Assembly: GCA_014905635.1 (NCBI GenBank)
Contig: JABVCE010000004.1
Span: forward strand, 1,054,001 to 1,118,000
DNA length: 64,000 nt
Direction: 5' to 3'
Source: Scenedesmus sp. PABB004
Taxonomy: Eukaryota
Below the pieces are notes generated by a model that was given only the letters and a program-made list of their open reading frames with translations, did not search any database and was not told where the DNA came from. The translations under genes were made by a program, and so were the position numbers. Of this stretch, positions 49,001 through 61,712 are shown piece after piece. Position 1 is the first letter of the stretch. Each line of letters begins with the position of its first letter.

Positions 49001-52000
49001 GCGCCGCCCGCCTTGCGGCCGCCGTGGCCGCCGCCGGCTGCCTCGCCCTCGTCGCGGTCCCACGGCAGGCCCGCGAGCGCCGGCAGGCCCCCCGCCTTGC
49101 GCGCAGCCGCGACGGTGCCCCGCAGCAGCTGCGCTGCGCGGTCCAGCAGCCGCGCCTCGACGGCGGGCCCCGCGCTGGCTGAGCCCCTGCCGGCGGCCGG
49201 CTGGGTGCCGCTGGTGCTGGTGGTGCCGCCAGGCACGCCACCACCTAGTGGCGCCGCCTCTCGGCCCCTGCAGTCCGCCACGCCCCCGGCCGCTGTCAGC
49301 CACGCCGCCTGCGCGAGCGCGACCTGGCCCGCCAGCCAGGGGCCGTACGCTGCCGCCAGGCTGGGGTGGAGCGCCGCGCCGCCGAGGCGCTCCAGCAGAG
49401 CCGCGTTGCCGGGATGCGACGGCCACTGCGCCGCGTCAAACGCGCCGACGCTGTCAGCTGCGCTCCCGGACGAGCCCCCGCTCCCGGCCTTGCTGGTCTG
49501 CCCGCCCCCCGCGGGCGCGGCGCCGTCGCCCTCGCACAGCCCCACGGCGACGCCGTCCGGGCCGAGCACGGGCTGGGGGGCCGGCAGCAGCAGGCCCGGC
49601 AGGTTCGCGCCCGCCAGCAGGCCGGCCAGCACGGCCGCCGCCTCGGCCAGCAGCCCGAGCTCGCTCAGCGCCTTGACGCGCGCGACACGCGCTGCCGTCA
49701 CCGACCGCGCGTCGCGCGTCGCCGCCGCCGCAACGTGCTCCCACAGCGCGAGCAGCGGCAGCGCCTCCAGGCACAGCCCCTGCTCGAGCAGCGCGGCAAC
49801 CAGGGTCTCCAGGCCCGAGGCGAGGTCGGGCGCGTTGCAGCTGCGGCGCGGCACAGCCGCCGCGCGGCGTGACAACTCTGCCGCGGCAGCGCACTCGGCG
49901 CGCCCCAGCCCCCTAGTCCTGCGCCACTCCGGGCCCGCCGCACCGGTGGGGGTCATCAAACACGTCCACGCCCGGCCACAGCTCGACCGGGACGTAGCGT
50001 GCACAGTCGAGCGCGCGCTGCGGGTGGACCGCGCTGCCCGCAAACACGCCGGGCAGCAGCTCCGCGGCGAGCCGCGTGCAGCTGAGGCGGCGGTCAAGGT
50101 CAGCGCCGTGGGCGTACCTGCGCGGCGGTGCGGGGCTGCGGGCTTGCGGCCCCCGCGGCGCCGCGCCGAGGCCGCGGCACGAGCCGGGGCGAGCGAGCCG
50201 CGCCGCCGGGCGCGCCGCGCACCGCGCCAGCTTGCCCAGCAGCACCCCGGCCAGCAGCAGGCCGTGCACGCCCCAGCGCGCCAGGCGGTCCGGCCAGCCG
50301 CCGGGCGCCAGCTTGGTCGGCCACGTGTCGACGACGCAGCGCGGCCCCAGCAGTGCGTCCAGCGCGTCGCCCCACGCCGTCGCGGCGGCGGGCCAGGCGC
50401 CGGCGGCCGCGTGCACGTCGCCCATCTGCGCGCCGCGTGGGAGCGGGTCGGGCGGGCCGACCCGCTCGCGAACGTGCCGCGCTGGCCAGCGCGCAACTAA
50501 GCTTGCAGCCGGGCAGCCGGCGCACCTCGTTGAGGGCCAGCAGCATGTGACCCTTCTCTCCTCGGGACTTGAGCTGCTCGGCCACACGCGCGTACTCGCC
50601 GGCCAGCGCCGCCGCATCGGGCGCGCCGCCGCCGGCAGCACTTCGCGCCGTCCCGGCGCCACTCTCGGCGAGCGCGGACGCGCACGTGGACGGCTCTGCG
50701 CTCAGCGCCGCCTGGCCGGGCACGCGGCGCGCCCTGCTGCCCCGCGGCGGGGGGCCCGGCTGGCTCAGCGGCGGCAGCTCCCCCGGGCGCCGCGCGGCGA
50801 GCGCGCGCACCTGCGCGGGCGCGCCCGGCCGGGGCGTCAGTGCGGCGCATGGGCAGCACGCGCCCCGTGCAGGCCCCGCGCTGCCCACGGCACGCAGACG
50901 TACCCTCTCCAGGGCGTCGAATGCTGCATTCCTGTCGCGTGCAAGCGCCGCCGCTGCCTCCGCCAGCGTGGCGGCCTCGGCCAGCGCGCCCGCCCTGGGC
51001 GCGGCCGCCGCCAGCAGTGGCAGCAGCGCGGCGTGTGCCGACCCGCCGCACGCGTCGAGCCAGCGCTGACCTGCGGCCAGGCGGACGGTCAGCGCTTGGC
51101 GGGCGCAACAGGGGGAGGCAGCGCGCAGCAGCCCTCGTCGCCCCAGTGCTTCTGCCCCTGCACCAAACGCCGCTCACCGACGCTGAGCACCGCGTGCCAG
51201 CGCTCAGCGCGGCGCAGCGCTCGCAGCACCAGGCCCACGAGCCGCGTCAGCGCCGCGACGTCCACCGGGCCGTTCGCATGCCAGGCGTCCGCCGCAGCGT
51301 CCGCGCTCAAGCTGAGCTCGCTGGCCGCGCCGCTGCGAGCGGTGGGCGGGCCGTCCGCCGCCTCGCACGGCAGGCGAGCGGCCGCGCCACCGGCTGCGCT
51401 GTCGGCTGCAAGGTCCACGGCAGCCGGGATCACGCCGGCGTGGAACGCAGCGCCCCGGGTCGCGCGCAGCTGCGCCAGCGCCTCAAGCAGCGCCTCGACA
51501 AACGCGCGCAGCGCGCCGGCGGAGCTCGGCCCGCGCAGCTCCGGCAGCGCCAGCTCCCGCGCCGGAGCGTCTGGCGGCGCCGCCCGGCCCTTGGCGCCCG
51601 GCGGCTTGGCGGGCCTGTCTGCCGCTGCCTTGCCCTTGTCACCGCCAGGCTTCTTGTCGGCCGCCCCGCCGCCCTTGCCCTTGCCGCCCGGCTCCGCGCC
51701 CGGCGGCGCCAGCCGCTCCGGCGCGCTCGCCGCGAGTGGCGGCACCCTGGGCGCCGGCAGCGGCCCCGGCGCCCACGTCACCGGCGCCAGCGGCGCGGTC
51801 AGGCCCGGCAGGCGGTCGAGCAGCACGCTGGCGGCGCTCCACAGCGCTGAGCTGGCAATGAGCAGGGACTGCCACCCTGGGGGTCCCGCACGGGCCGCCA
51901 GTGTGCCCGCCTGCGCAAAATTCTGTACAGCCTGTACACTTAGCACGCGTGCCATACCCTCCACGCTCAGGAGCGACTGGCCGCCCTGGCCGGGCGGCGG

Positions 52001-54916
52001 CGCAGCCGCGTCCTTGCGCGGGCTGGCGCGCGGGGTGGCCTGGCTGCCGGGGCTGCCCGCCCTGCTGGGCGAACCGGGCCGGCTGCCGCCGCCACTGCCG
52101 GCAGCAGCGGGCTCGGCAGCCGGCCCAGCGTCCGCACCCGGGCCCGCGCCTGTGGGGTCACCCGCGCCGCTCCTGGCGTCGTCGGTGGGCGGGCAGACCA
52201 AGCTCGCCGCCGCCTCTGCTGCCAGGCCACCCAGCAGCGTGCGCAGGTGCGCCAGCCAAGGGCCCCACTCCGCCAGCTGCCGCCGCGCCGCCAGGATCAC
52301 GCGGCGGCGGTGCAGCAGCACGGGCAGGCGCTGCTGCAGCAGCAGCGCGGCCGCCAGGCGCCGCGCCTCCACGCCCAGCAGCCGCTCCTGCGCCCCGCGC
52401 CAGCCCGCCAGCGCCGCGGCGTGCTCCTCGGCCGACGCGCCCGGCGGCTTGTCTGGCGGGGGCGACGGCGCCGCTGTGCCCTGCTCACCCAGTGCCAGCC
52501 CCTCCGCCACCAGCTCCGTGCCAGCCGCGTCGGGCGTCCAGCACGGCCGCGCCGGCCAGTCAAGAAACTGCGGCCGCCGCGCCGCCAGGCGCACGTGCTG
52601 CTCCACCGCGCTCAGCACCTCGGCCGCCGTCGCAGCCGCGGCCTGCAGCGAGGCGCTCAGCACTGGCACGCCGATGCAGCTGGGCGGCTCGCGGGCGGCG
52701 CCGAGGCCGAGGCCCAGGCCAGCGCCCCGCGGCAGCCCGCCGCCGCGTCCGGGCGGCATCGCCAGCACCAGCGCGGCGCCGTGCTGCTGCGCCGCCGCCT
52801 CCAACACCCGCACGCACAGCGGCAGCCAGCGGCCGTCGGCGCGCGCAGCCTCTGGAGAGAGTAGCGGCCAGCAGGCGGCGAGCGGGTCGGGCCTGCGCAG
52901 GAGCGGAAGCACCTGCGCCGCCAGCGAGCTCTGGCCTGCATCTCGAGCCCTGCGGGACGCACGCGCGTCAGCAGGGCCCTGCGCTGCGCCGCGCAGCGCC
53001 GCTCCGCAATAGCTGCCGCGCGCAGCCGCCGCGGCGCACCAGCAGGCAGCGCCCTCGGGCGCCCAGCTGTGGCCGTCCGGGTGCAGCAGCACCAGCTCCT
53101 GGGCAGCGTGCAGCTCAACCAGGTCCTCAGACGCCGCCGGCGCCACGTCGGGCAGCAGCGCGGGTGCCGTGAGCTGCGCCTCTGCGGCGGCCGCCTTGTG
53201 CCGGGCGCCGCCGCCCCTGCCCGGCCTGTCTGCCGGCGGCGCAGCGCTAGCCGCGGCCGGGGCCGCGGGCCGGAGCGTGCGGAGCAGCGCGCAGTCAAGC
53301 CGCGCCACTGCAGACGCCGTCGGCCCGGCGGCCGCGCTGCTGGCGGTGCCCGCGGCCGCGCCCGCTGCGAGCGTGGGGCTGAGCGGCGCCGCCAGCCGCA
53401 GCAGCCAGTAGCTGGCCGACGCCGCCACGCGCGCTGCCATGCGGTGCTGCTGCGCTGCGCCGCGCAGTGCGGGCGTGCCGCCGTTGCTGACGGCGGCCAG
53501 GCCAGCGTGCAGCGCCGCGAGCGGCGCCCGGAGCAGCCCCGGGCTGGCGTCGGCCTGCACCAGCAGCGGTGCGAGCAGCGCGTGCGCGCGCAGCGCGCCC
53601 TCCTCCACCAGCATCTCGTCGCCGATGGCGGCTGCCACCTGGCAGGGAGCGGCGGCGGCGGCGGCGGGTGGGGAAGCTAGTCGTCGCGTTCTCGCGCAGG
53701 CACACAGCGCCAGCGCACCCTGCCCAGCCAGCGCACCTGCATGCCTGCCAGCACCTTGGCTGCCGCCTCAAGCACGGCAAGCTGGAGGGGAACCTGGCTG
53801 CGGCTGAGCTGCAGCAGCAGCGCCCGGCTGGCCGCGGTGCTCGCTAGGCCGCCGCCTGCCCCGGCGCCAGCGCCCGCACCGCTGGGCTCACCCTCAGCCA
53901 AGCTGAGCTGCTGCTCGCCCGCGTGGTGGGCGACCGCAAACACGACCTGCGCCAGCAGCCGAAGCAGGGGCGCGGCGGCCGCTGCCACCTGCGCCGGCTG
54001 CAGCACGTGCCGGTCGCCGGGGTGCGCCGCCCACAGGGGGCGCGCGGGCGTCGTGGCGATGAAGCGGGGGAGCAGCGCGCCCGCCGCGCGCCGCGCGGCG
54101 CCCCAGTGCCGCAGCCGCGCGGCGGCGAGCGCGACGTGTGCCCAGCAGGCGTGCAGCGGCAGCGGCAACGCGGCCAGCACGCCGGGGCTGCTCGGCCCCA
54201 GCTCGCCCATGAGCGCGCCTTGGTCGTCGTACACTGCGCGTGGCGGTGCGCGGGTGCTTCCTGCCGCGCCGCACGCCGCCAGCCTGGCGGGGCGCCGCCG
54301 GCGCGCGCGCTCCTCCCCGTGCCGCGCCCGCACCTGCCAGCGCAAGCGCGTACTCCTCGTTGGGTCGGAGTCCGGTGATCGTGACGCGGCTGCCGAGCGG
54401 CGCGCGCTCGCCCGCGCCCGGCAGCTCCGCGGCGGTCGCGTTGAGGCCGAGCGCGACGCCCGCGCCCGTGGGCTTGCAGTACGCGGCCCACGCCGCCGCC
54501 GGCCGCGGCCAGCGCGCCGGCGCGCCGAGCGGGCAGTGCGTGAGCGTGACGCTGTCGGCGGTGCGGCACAGAATCCTGGGCGGCGGCGCGACGCCGCCGA
54601 GCCGGGCTCCCCCGGCGGCGGCGCCCGCCGCCTGCGCCGCAAAGAGCGCCGCCTCGGCCGACTGCGCCTTTTCCAGCAGGTCGCATGCCTCCTGCGAGGG
54701 CGCCGGGGGCGCGGTGGGCCTCCGCCCTGTGCACGCCGCGCGCACGCGGCTGGCGGGTCGGCGGCGCCGCACCTCGAGCAGGGCCGCCTGGCGCGCCGCG
54801 CCCGGCTGGCAGGCAGCAATCCCCGTCAGCAGCAGCGCGCGCTGTGCAGAGTTCGTCCCGCACTCCTCTAGCAGCTCCTGCTCCTGCGCCTTGCGGCGGC
54901 GGCGGCGGCGGCGGCG

Positions 54917-54948
<32 letters not shown>

Positions 54949-57422
54949 TCGGGCGCCCCCTGCCCAGCGCCGGGCGGCCCACTTGAGCGAGGCGCGAGCG
55001 CCCGGGGCCTCACCGCCGCGCTGGCCGGCTGCCGGCCCGCCGCCTCGAGGCGTGCCTCGTTGCGCCGCCGCTCCTTCATGCTGCGCGGCCCAAAGATTGC
55101 AGCCTTGGCGTCGCGCGCGAGCGTTGCCGCGAGCAGCTCCTCGCGCCGCGACGCAGCCTTGGCGCGCGCGTCGCGCAGGCCCGCCGCCAGCCGCAGGCGC
55201 TGCAGCACAAGCAGCACGTCGGCGTGAAGGCACGCCAGCTCCTGCTCCGCTGGCGACATGCCTGCGCAGCGCGGGGGCAGTGCGCCCTGGCTCGGCCAAG
55301 GCAGCAGCGCGCCGCCAGCTGCCGTGCGAGCCCGCGCGGCGCACCTGCGACCAGCTCGGCCGTCGCGTCGTCGGCCTGCGTGCGCGCGCCTGACACCCAG
55401 CGCAGGTGCTCGTCCGTGGCGTCCCGCAGTGCCAGCAAGGCGTCGCCGCGAGCCTCCACGATGGCTGCCAGGCCCTGCGGGGGGCGGGCGAGGGGTCAGC
55501 GGCGTGAGCGCGGCCTCGGATGCTTGCACGCGCCAGCCCTGGCCGCCCCTCTGGCTCGCCCTTGTTGCACCTGCTGCGCCACTGCAATGCCTCGGTCCAG
55601 GTCGCCACACTCGTGGCGCAGCAGCGCCAGCCGCACCGCCACGCAGCCGCACAGAAGGCCGTTGCCTGCGTCAGACTGCTGCAGCGCCCCGTGCACGCCC
55701 GCCAGCACCTCCTGCGCAAGCGTCGCGCCGCCGTCTTCGCGGCCGAAGCACCCGTGCAGCAGGGGGAGCGCCGCGACGTGCAGGCGCTCGGCGGCCGCCT
55801 CCAGCAGGCGAGGCTGGCAGGGGGCCAGCGCGGTGCTGTGCTGCATGAGGCAGGCCGCCATGTCCCGCACCCCTTGGCCTTCGCTGTCACCGCCCGCTGC
55901 AAGCCCCTGCGCGGCGCGCAGCACCGCCGCCGTGGCCTGCACGCTGCTCGCAGGCTCCCCGCGCCCGGCGAGCGCCACGCCCGCGGCGTCGGCCGCAGCG
56001 GTGAGCCGCAGCAGCAGCTCCTGCTGGCTGTGCCGGTGGCTCACGGTCAGCAGTGTCTGCGATTGGCGGAGGCGGTGCAGCGTGCGTGGACGCTGCGCTC
56101 GAGCCCGTGCCGCGCCCACGGCTGCTGCACCCCCTGCGGCCTGCCCTCGGGCGGCCGCCCACCACGTGCAGGTCGTCCGGCAGGCCAGCAGCGCCGGGCT
56201 CCAGGAAGGGCGCCAGCAGCTGTGCCGCCGCCGCCAGCACTGGCTGCAGGTGCGCTGGCAGCGACACCTGCGCGAGCGGCGCGCCGCCGCCGCCGCTTGC
56301 GACGAGCAGCCCCGCCAGCACGCGCAGCTGCTCCGCCTCGGGGCCCAGCGCCCGTGCCAGCTCCAGCACGGCGGCGGGCGACGCCGCGGGCGCGGCCGGG
56401 TCGGGCACCAGCAGGCGCAGCAGCTGCAGCCGCGCGCGCGCGGCGCGCAGCTGCACCGCGACGGCCAGTGGCACGGGGTCGAGCGCCTGCGCGGACAGCA
56501 GCTTGTCAACCTCTGCCGCGCCGCCCTGCAAGAAGGCCTGCGCGGCACGCTGCTGGGCCGCGCCCTCGTCGCCGCCGGCCGCGGCGAGGGCGGCGTGGCA
56601 GCGCGCCGCCGCCGTGTACAGCTGCAGCCGCCAGGGCAGGTGCTCCGGCGTCACCAGGCACAGGTGCGCCTCGAGCGACTTGGCTGCGGGACGGCAGCGG
56701 CGGCGGCGGCGGCGGCGGCGGCCGCGGTCGTGGGCACGCGCGCGCGCGCGTGCGCTGGTGTGCGCGAGGCAGCGCTGCGTGCTGTGCGTGCCGCGGTGTG
56801 CACCACCTGCGTAAGCGTAGGTCGGCAGCGCGTCGGCATGGTGCCCCGCGAGCAGCAGCGGCTCGGCGGCGCGGTGCATGTCGGCCGTGACGGCCACAAG
56901 CTCGTCCGCCAGCGCCGGGTGCGGCAGCGCCGCCGCGGCCGCGGCGCGCAGGCCGCCGAGCGCGTCGCGCAGCGCGGCCAGCGTCTCGCGCCGCGCGAGG
57001 CGGCGGTCGCGGCACAGCGCTGCGGCGGCCCGGCACGACTCCAGTCCCCGCAGCGCGCGCACGTGCAGCACCAGCCGCCCCGTGGCGTCCAGGGCCTTGC
57101 CGTCGTGCTCGGGCCGGCCCGGCAGGTCCAGGGCCGCGACGCGGCCGAAGCACACGGTCGCGGCCAGCTCGTGCGCGCCGCGCGCGGCGGCGTCCTCGCC
57201 GGCCGAGAGCAGGCACCGCGCGAGCGCGTGCGGCGGCAGCCGGGCGGCAAAAAAGTCGACCAGCTCAGCCAGCTTGCGGCCAGCGCGGTGCCGCGCGCGC
57301 GCTGCCCCGTGCGTCGCCGCGCTCGGCAGGCCGCCGGCGCGCTCGCGCTGCGGCAGCGCGGCCAGCTGCTGCGCGAGCGCCGCGGCGAGCGCCGCGCCCG
57401 TGTGAGCCGTCGCATCCGACAT
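46012..57422 (-). CDS. CFAP54: Cilia- and flagella-associated protein 54 (central apparatus C1d), large multi-exon gene
   Basis: N-terminal block ALPTYAYA|AKSLEAHLCLVTPEHLPWRLQLYTAAARC and the Fn3-like block AAYCKPTGAGVAL.LN...GLRPNEEYALALA|VYDDQG...LAALPLP match recalled CFAP54 motifs. Size of 11.4 kb fits. Confidence 0.82.
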
Positions 57423-57793
57423 GATGGCGTCAGCTGCGGGAGTGCCGGCGCGGTGCGATCATCCGGCTGCGCGGACGCGAACTGCGCCGCCGTCGCGCTG
57501 CTGCGCGCGCGCGGGCCATGGAGCGGACGCCCGCGGGAACGTGTCGGCCGATGGTGAAGCGGAGTGATGCGGCGATGGAGCGCGCCGGGAGGCTCGCAGG
57601 GCCGCCAGAAACGCGGGGCGGCGCCGCCGGCGCGCGAGCGTCAGCGACGCTCTGGCCGCCCTCCCTGCCGCCCTGAGCTGCCCGCCGCCGTGGTCAGAGC
57701 GGCCTTCAGTCACAAGCGCCTCAATTGACCCCTACCGCTCACCGCGCGCCCTCAGGCGCGCCCCGCGGGCCGCGGGCGCCGGCGTTGACCGCC

Positions 57794-59195
57794 ATGGCGT
57801 CGTCGCCGCCTGAGGCGCAGGAGCCGCGGCGGCCGCGCACGAGCGTCGACATCGCCGTGAGGAGCGCGCACGACCACCTGGCGGAGGCGCTGGCCGACAT
57901 GGAGGCGCTCGGCATCGTCACCAGCCTCGCGGGCAAGGTGCGCGCCGCCGCTGCTCTTCCCGCGCACGTGCGCCCGCTGCGCGCGGCCGCCCACGCCGCG
58001 CGCCGCCCCCTGCAGATTGTGGGCGGCGTGGCCGTGAGCCAGTCCTACTACGCGCACGTCCTGCAGACGGAGGGCCACAGTGAGGCGCCGCCGCCGTGCC
58101 AGCTCCTCATCGCCCGCGCCCAGCGTGGCGGCGGCGTGACGATGCTGCCGGCGCAGCAGGCGGCGCTCGAGGGCGGCGAGGCGGGGCTGCCGCGCGAGTC
58201 GCCGGTGCTGTCCAAGATCATGTCGCCCGCCGCGCTCGCGGAGCTGCACTGGGCGCGCGTGCCGGCGGTGGCGATCTTTGGCTGCTTCGTCGCCGACGAC
58301 GACGGTGCGGAGGTGGCGCAGAGGCAGCAGCGGCGCCGCACGGGCGCCTCGCCGTCCCCGCCGTGCGCGCACAGCGCCGCCACCGTCCGCGACCGCCGCG
58401 GCCGCGCCGCAGAGCTGAAGGAGGCGGCCGCGGCGGGCATCCCGATCAGCCCCAGCATGACCGGGCCGCACCCCGAGGAGCTCATGACGCAGCTGGAGGT
58501 CTTCTTCAAACAGTTCAAGTACCCCGACAGCAAGTGCTTCATCCTGTGAGCCGCCAACCCGCGGCGCGGCGCACGGGGTCGCCGCTGCGCACGCACGTGG
58601 GGCCAGCCTGCTCGGGGCCTTGCGCGGGCCGCAGCTGCCTGCCCGGCCCCGCACGCGCCCCGCCCACGACCTGCCCACGCCCCGCGCGCGCCCCGCCCGC
58701 AGGCGCGACTGGGGGTTCCTCATCTTTGGCGCCGATCTGGCCGACGCGGTGGCGACGTTCAACGACCAGCTCAAGGAGGCCCTGGTTGCGGGCGCCGAGG
58801 GCGGCGACAGGCTGCCCGGCGACGGCGACGGCGACGGCGCGCCCGCCGGCGCGCCCGCGCGCGCGAGCGCCGACGGCGGTGGCGCCTCTGGCGGCGGCGC
58901 CGCGACGCCCAGGGGCCTGCACGGCGCGCTCGCGCACGCGTTCCGGCGCCTCGGCGCGCACGTGGGCATGCTGCGCACGCAGAGCCTGCCGACCGACGAG
59001 GGCGGCGCCGGCGACGGCGGCGCAGGCGTGCGCAGCCTCAAGGCGCCCGGCGAGCGCGGGCCGGTGTCGGAGCCGAGCAGCCCCATGATCGGCGCCGACC
59101 TGCCCGACAGCATCCGCGTGCTCAGCACGGTCGCGCACCGCCAGAGCAGCGAGTACCGCGTGCCCTCCTTCGCGGTCGGCCTCAAGCCCTGGTGA
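57794..59195 (+). CDS. Uncharacterised protein, possibly a degenerate class II aldolase/adducin-like fold
   Basis: Four exons with clean GT-AG joins. C-terminal KCFILRDWGFLIFGADLADAVATF resembles the aldolase II HG...G.s..eA end motif but lacks the His. Confidence 0.6.
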
Positions 59196-59429
59196 CGACG
59201 GGGTGTCGCGGTGGTGTGGGGAGGGCGCGCCGCGTGCTGTGGCGGCGGTCAGCGCGCGGCGGCGTGCGCGGCGGCGTGCGCTGGTGGCTTGGTGAACTCA
59301 ATTTATTCTTCCTGCTTGCCGCGGGACCCGTGCGCCGGCTGTGTGGGTGCGCGCCGGAGGCCGCGCGGCGGCCGGGCGGCGCGGGCACTGCGGCGCTCAA
59401 CCCCGTGCGGCGCAGTTTGTGCGCGCATG

Positions 59430-59843
59430 GGCGTGCTCCCCGGCCTCGCTACCGCCGTGGGAGCGCCGGCCGGTGGTCTCAACACCGGCGGCTGGGGGAT
59501 GGGGGCTGCCGGGGCGCCCCGGGGGGCGCCCCGGCGCCGCGGGCGCGCGGCGCGCGTGCGCGGCGCTGCCACCGCCGCGCGCGCGCGCCGCCGCCCCCAA
59601 CACCGACCATGGGCATCCTCTGATCGCCGGCCGCCTGAAACAGGCCACAGCGGCGCGAGGCATGACGGTTTGGGACCGGCCCGCAGGTCGGTGCCCCGCG
59701 AGGGGTCCCCCCCACCCGGAACGGGTGACAAGGCGAGAAACGCACGCGCACACGCCTGACCTAACCTGGCAACACAACACAACAGCAAGAGGCCTTTTAA
59801 CGTCCTGCCCAGGACGGAGAGCGCAGCGCACCGCACACGCCGC
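59430..59843 (-). ncRNA. Candidate Fanzor omega-RNA (fRNA) scaffold and element 3' end
   Basis: Directly downstream of the Fanzor stop and dense in stems: 59801-59816, 59713-59727, 59672-59709, 59633-59645, 59508-59535, 59469-59489, 59435-59464. Boundaries unknown. Confidence 0.6.
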
Positions 59844-61655
59844 TCACGCCGGGGGGTCCACCGCGGCGGCGGCCGCCTGCCGGAACGCGCCGGCGAGGCG
59901 CGCGCCGCCCGCCGTGCCGCGGCCGCCGCGCAGCAACTCGTGCAGCGTGAGCGCGCAGATGTTGCGCGCCGCGTTGTCGTCGCGCGGCGCGACGACCGTG
60001 CACCCGGGGCACTGCACCAGACCATAGATGCCCCGCAGCTTCTCCACGCGCGCCCCGCAAACAGAGCAGGTGATGCTGGTCCGGTGCTCGTCCATGAGCA
60101 CCGCGGCGACGCGCCGGCGCGCGTAGTACGTGCGCAGCAGCGCCAGCAGCGCCTGCCGCGGCGGCCCCGGCCCCGAGATGCAGCCCCCCATGCCCAGGCT
60201 GGCGTCCCCGATGCCCAGCACCACCGCGGGCAGGTCGGCGGGCAGGCGCGCGTGCTGCCGGACGCGCCCGCGCACAAAGACCCGGCCGTATGCAGTCAAC
60301 TGAATCGCCGCATGCAGCGCGCGCTGCTTCAGCCCGTGCTTCCGCAGCCGCCACGCACACTCTGCACGGCACGCAAGCAAGCTATATGCGAATGCATTGT
60401 CCAACACATGATGCACCCGGCCGTTGCGCCACGCCCCGGCGGCGGCGACGCTCGTGCCCGAGTAGGCAGGCACGCGGTTCAGGCAGGCATGCACGCAGTC
60501 GCCGCCGCCGGGCGGGCGGCGGTCGTACCGCCCCGGCCGCCCCGGCCGCCCCTGCTGCCACAGGCAATGCCGCTCGATCCCGCGCGAGTCGCGGTGCGCG
60601 GCGGTCTTTATTCGGATGATGCGCTCCGCCTCGTAGCGGCGGCCGTGGTCGCCGCGGTGGCGCGGCGCGTTGGGGCAGCGCCGCTGCGCGATGCGGCGGT
60701 GCGCGACACGCGTGCAGCCCGGGCCCTGCCGCCAAGTCGCGGCGCATATCATGCGCGCCCGGCCCGGGTCGATTCCAACTATGCGCACGCCCGCGTGCAC
60801 GGCCGCGGCCGCGCCGCGCAGCGCGTGCCCCGGCGGCAGGCCCTCCACGCCGCGCAGCTCGCACGGGTCGAGCGGCAGCGCGTCGAGCGCCGCCTCGTCG
60901 GCCACGCCGTGCGGCGCCAGCGCGTCGCAGAGCAGCCGCCGCGCTGCCTCCACGCCCGCGCGGTGCTCTGCCGCGCGCTGCGCCGCCTTGGCGGCGCGCG
61001 ACTGCTGGCCGCGGCGCGGGGCGGGGTCGGCGGCGCCCTCAACGCGCACGCGCACGTGCAGCGCCGCCAGATCAAACGTCACAGAGCCCGCGAAGCGCGT
61101 GTTGGCGTGCAGCACGCCGCGCGCGCGCCCGGGGCGCCGGCCAAAATCAAAATATGCATCCCAAACGGGATCGTAGCCCCCGCCCTCTTGGGTCGGCGGT
61201 GGCGGCGGCGGCGGCGGCGGCGGCTGGCCTGCCGGCTGGCCCCCCGCGGGCGCCCTGGCCTGGCGCGCGCGCAGCGCCGCGTCCAGCGCCTGCATGCCCG
61301 TGGTGGACAGGTGCAGGTGCTGGGTGCCGTACTTGGGCACCGGCGCCAGCGTGAAGGCGCGCCGCTTGGGCAGCGCCACGCGCGCGGCGTGCCGCGAGCG
61401 CAGGCCGCGCAGCACCTTGCACGCGCCCGTGACCGCGACGAGCGCGTCGGGGTGCTGCCCCGCGCCGCCGGCGCGCTGCGGCGGCTGCGCGCCGCCGCTG
61501 CGGCCGCCGGGCGGCGCCGGCGCCGCGCCGGCGGCGGTCGCCGCAGCCAGCACCGCCTCGAGCGTCGCGCACACCGCGTGGCGCCAGCCGGCCGAGACAT
61601 CGCGACGCAGCGCCGCGACAGCCGCCGCCGCCTCCTCGGGCGTGCGCGGCGCGCG

Positions 61656-61712
<57 letters not shown>

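Noticed and set aside
59615..59650. Hammerhead ribozyme-like CTGA...GAAA
   Set aside because: Core reads CTGATCG rather than CUGANGA, and the required stems were not found.
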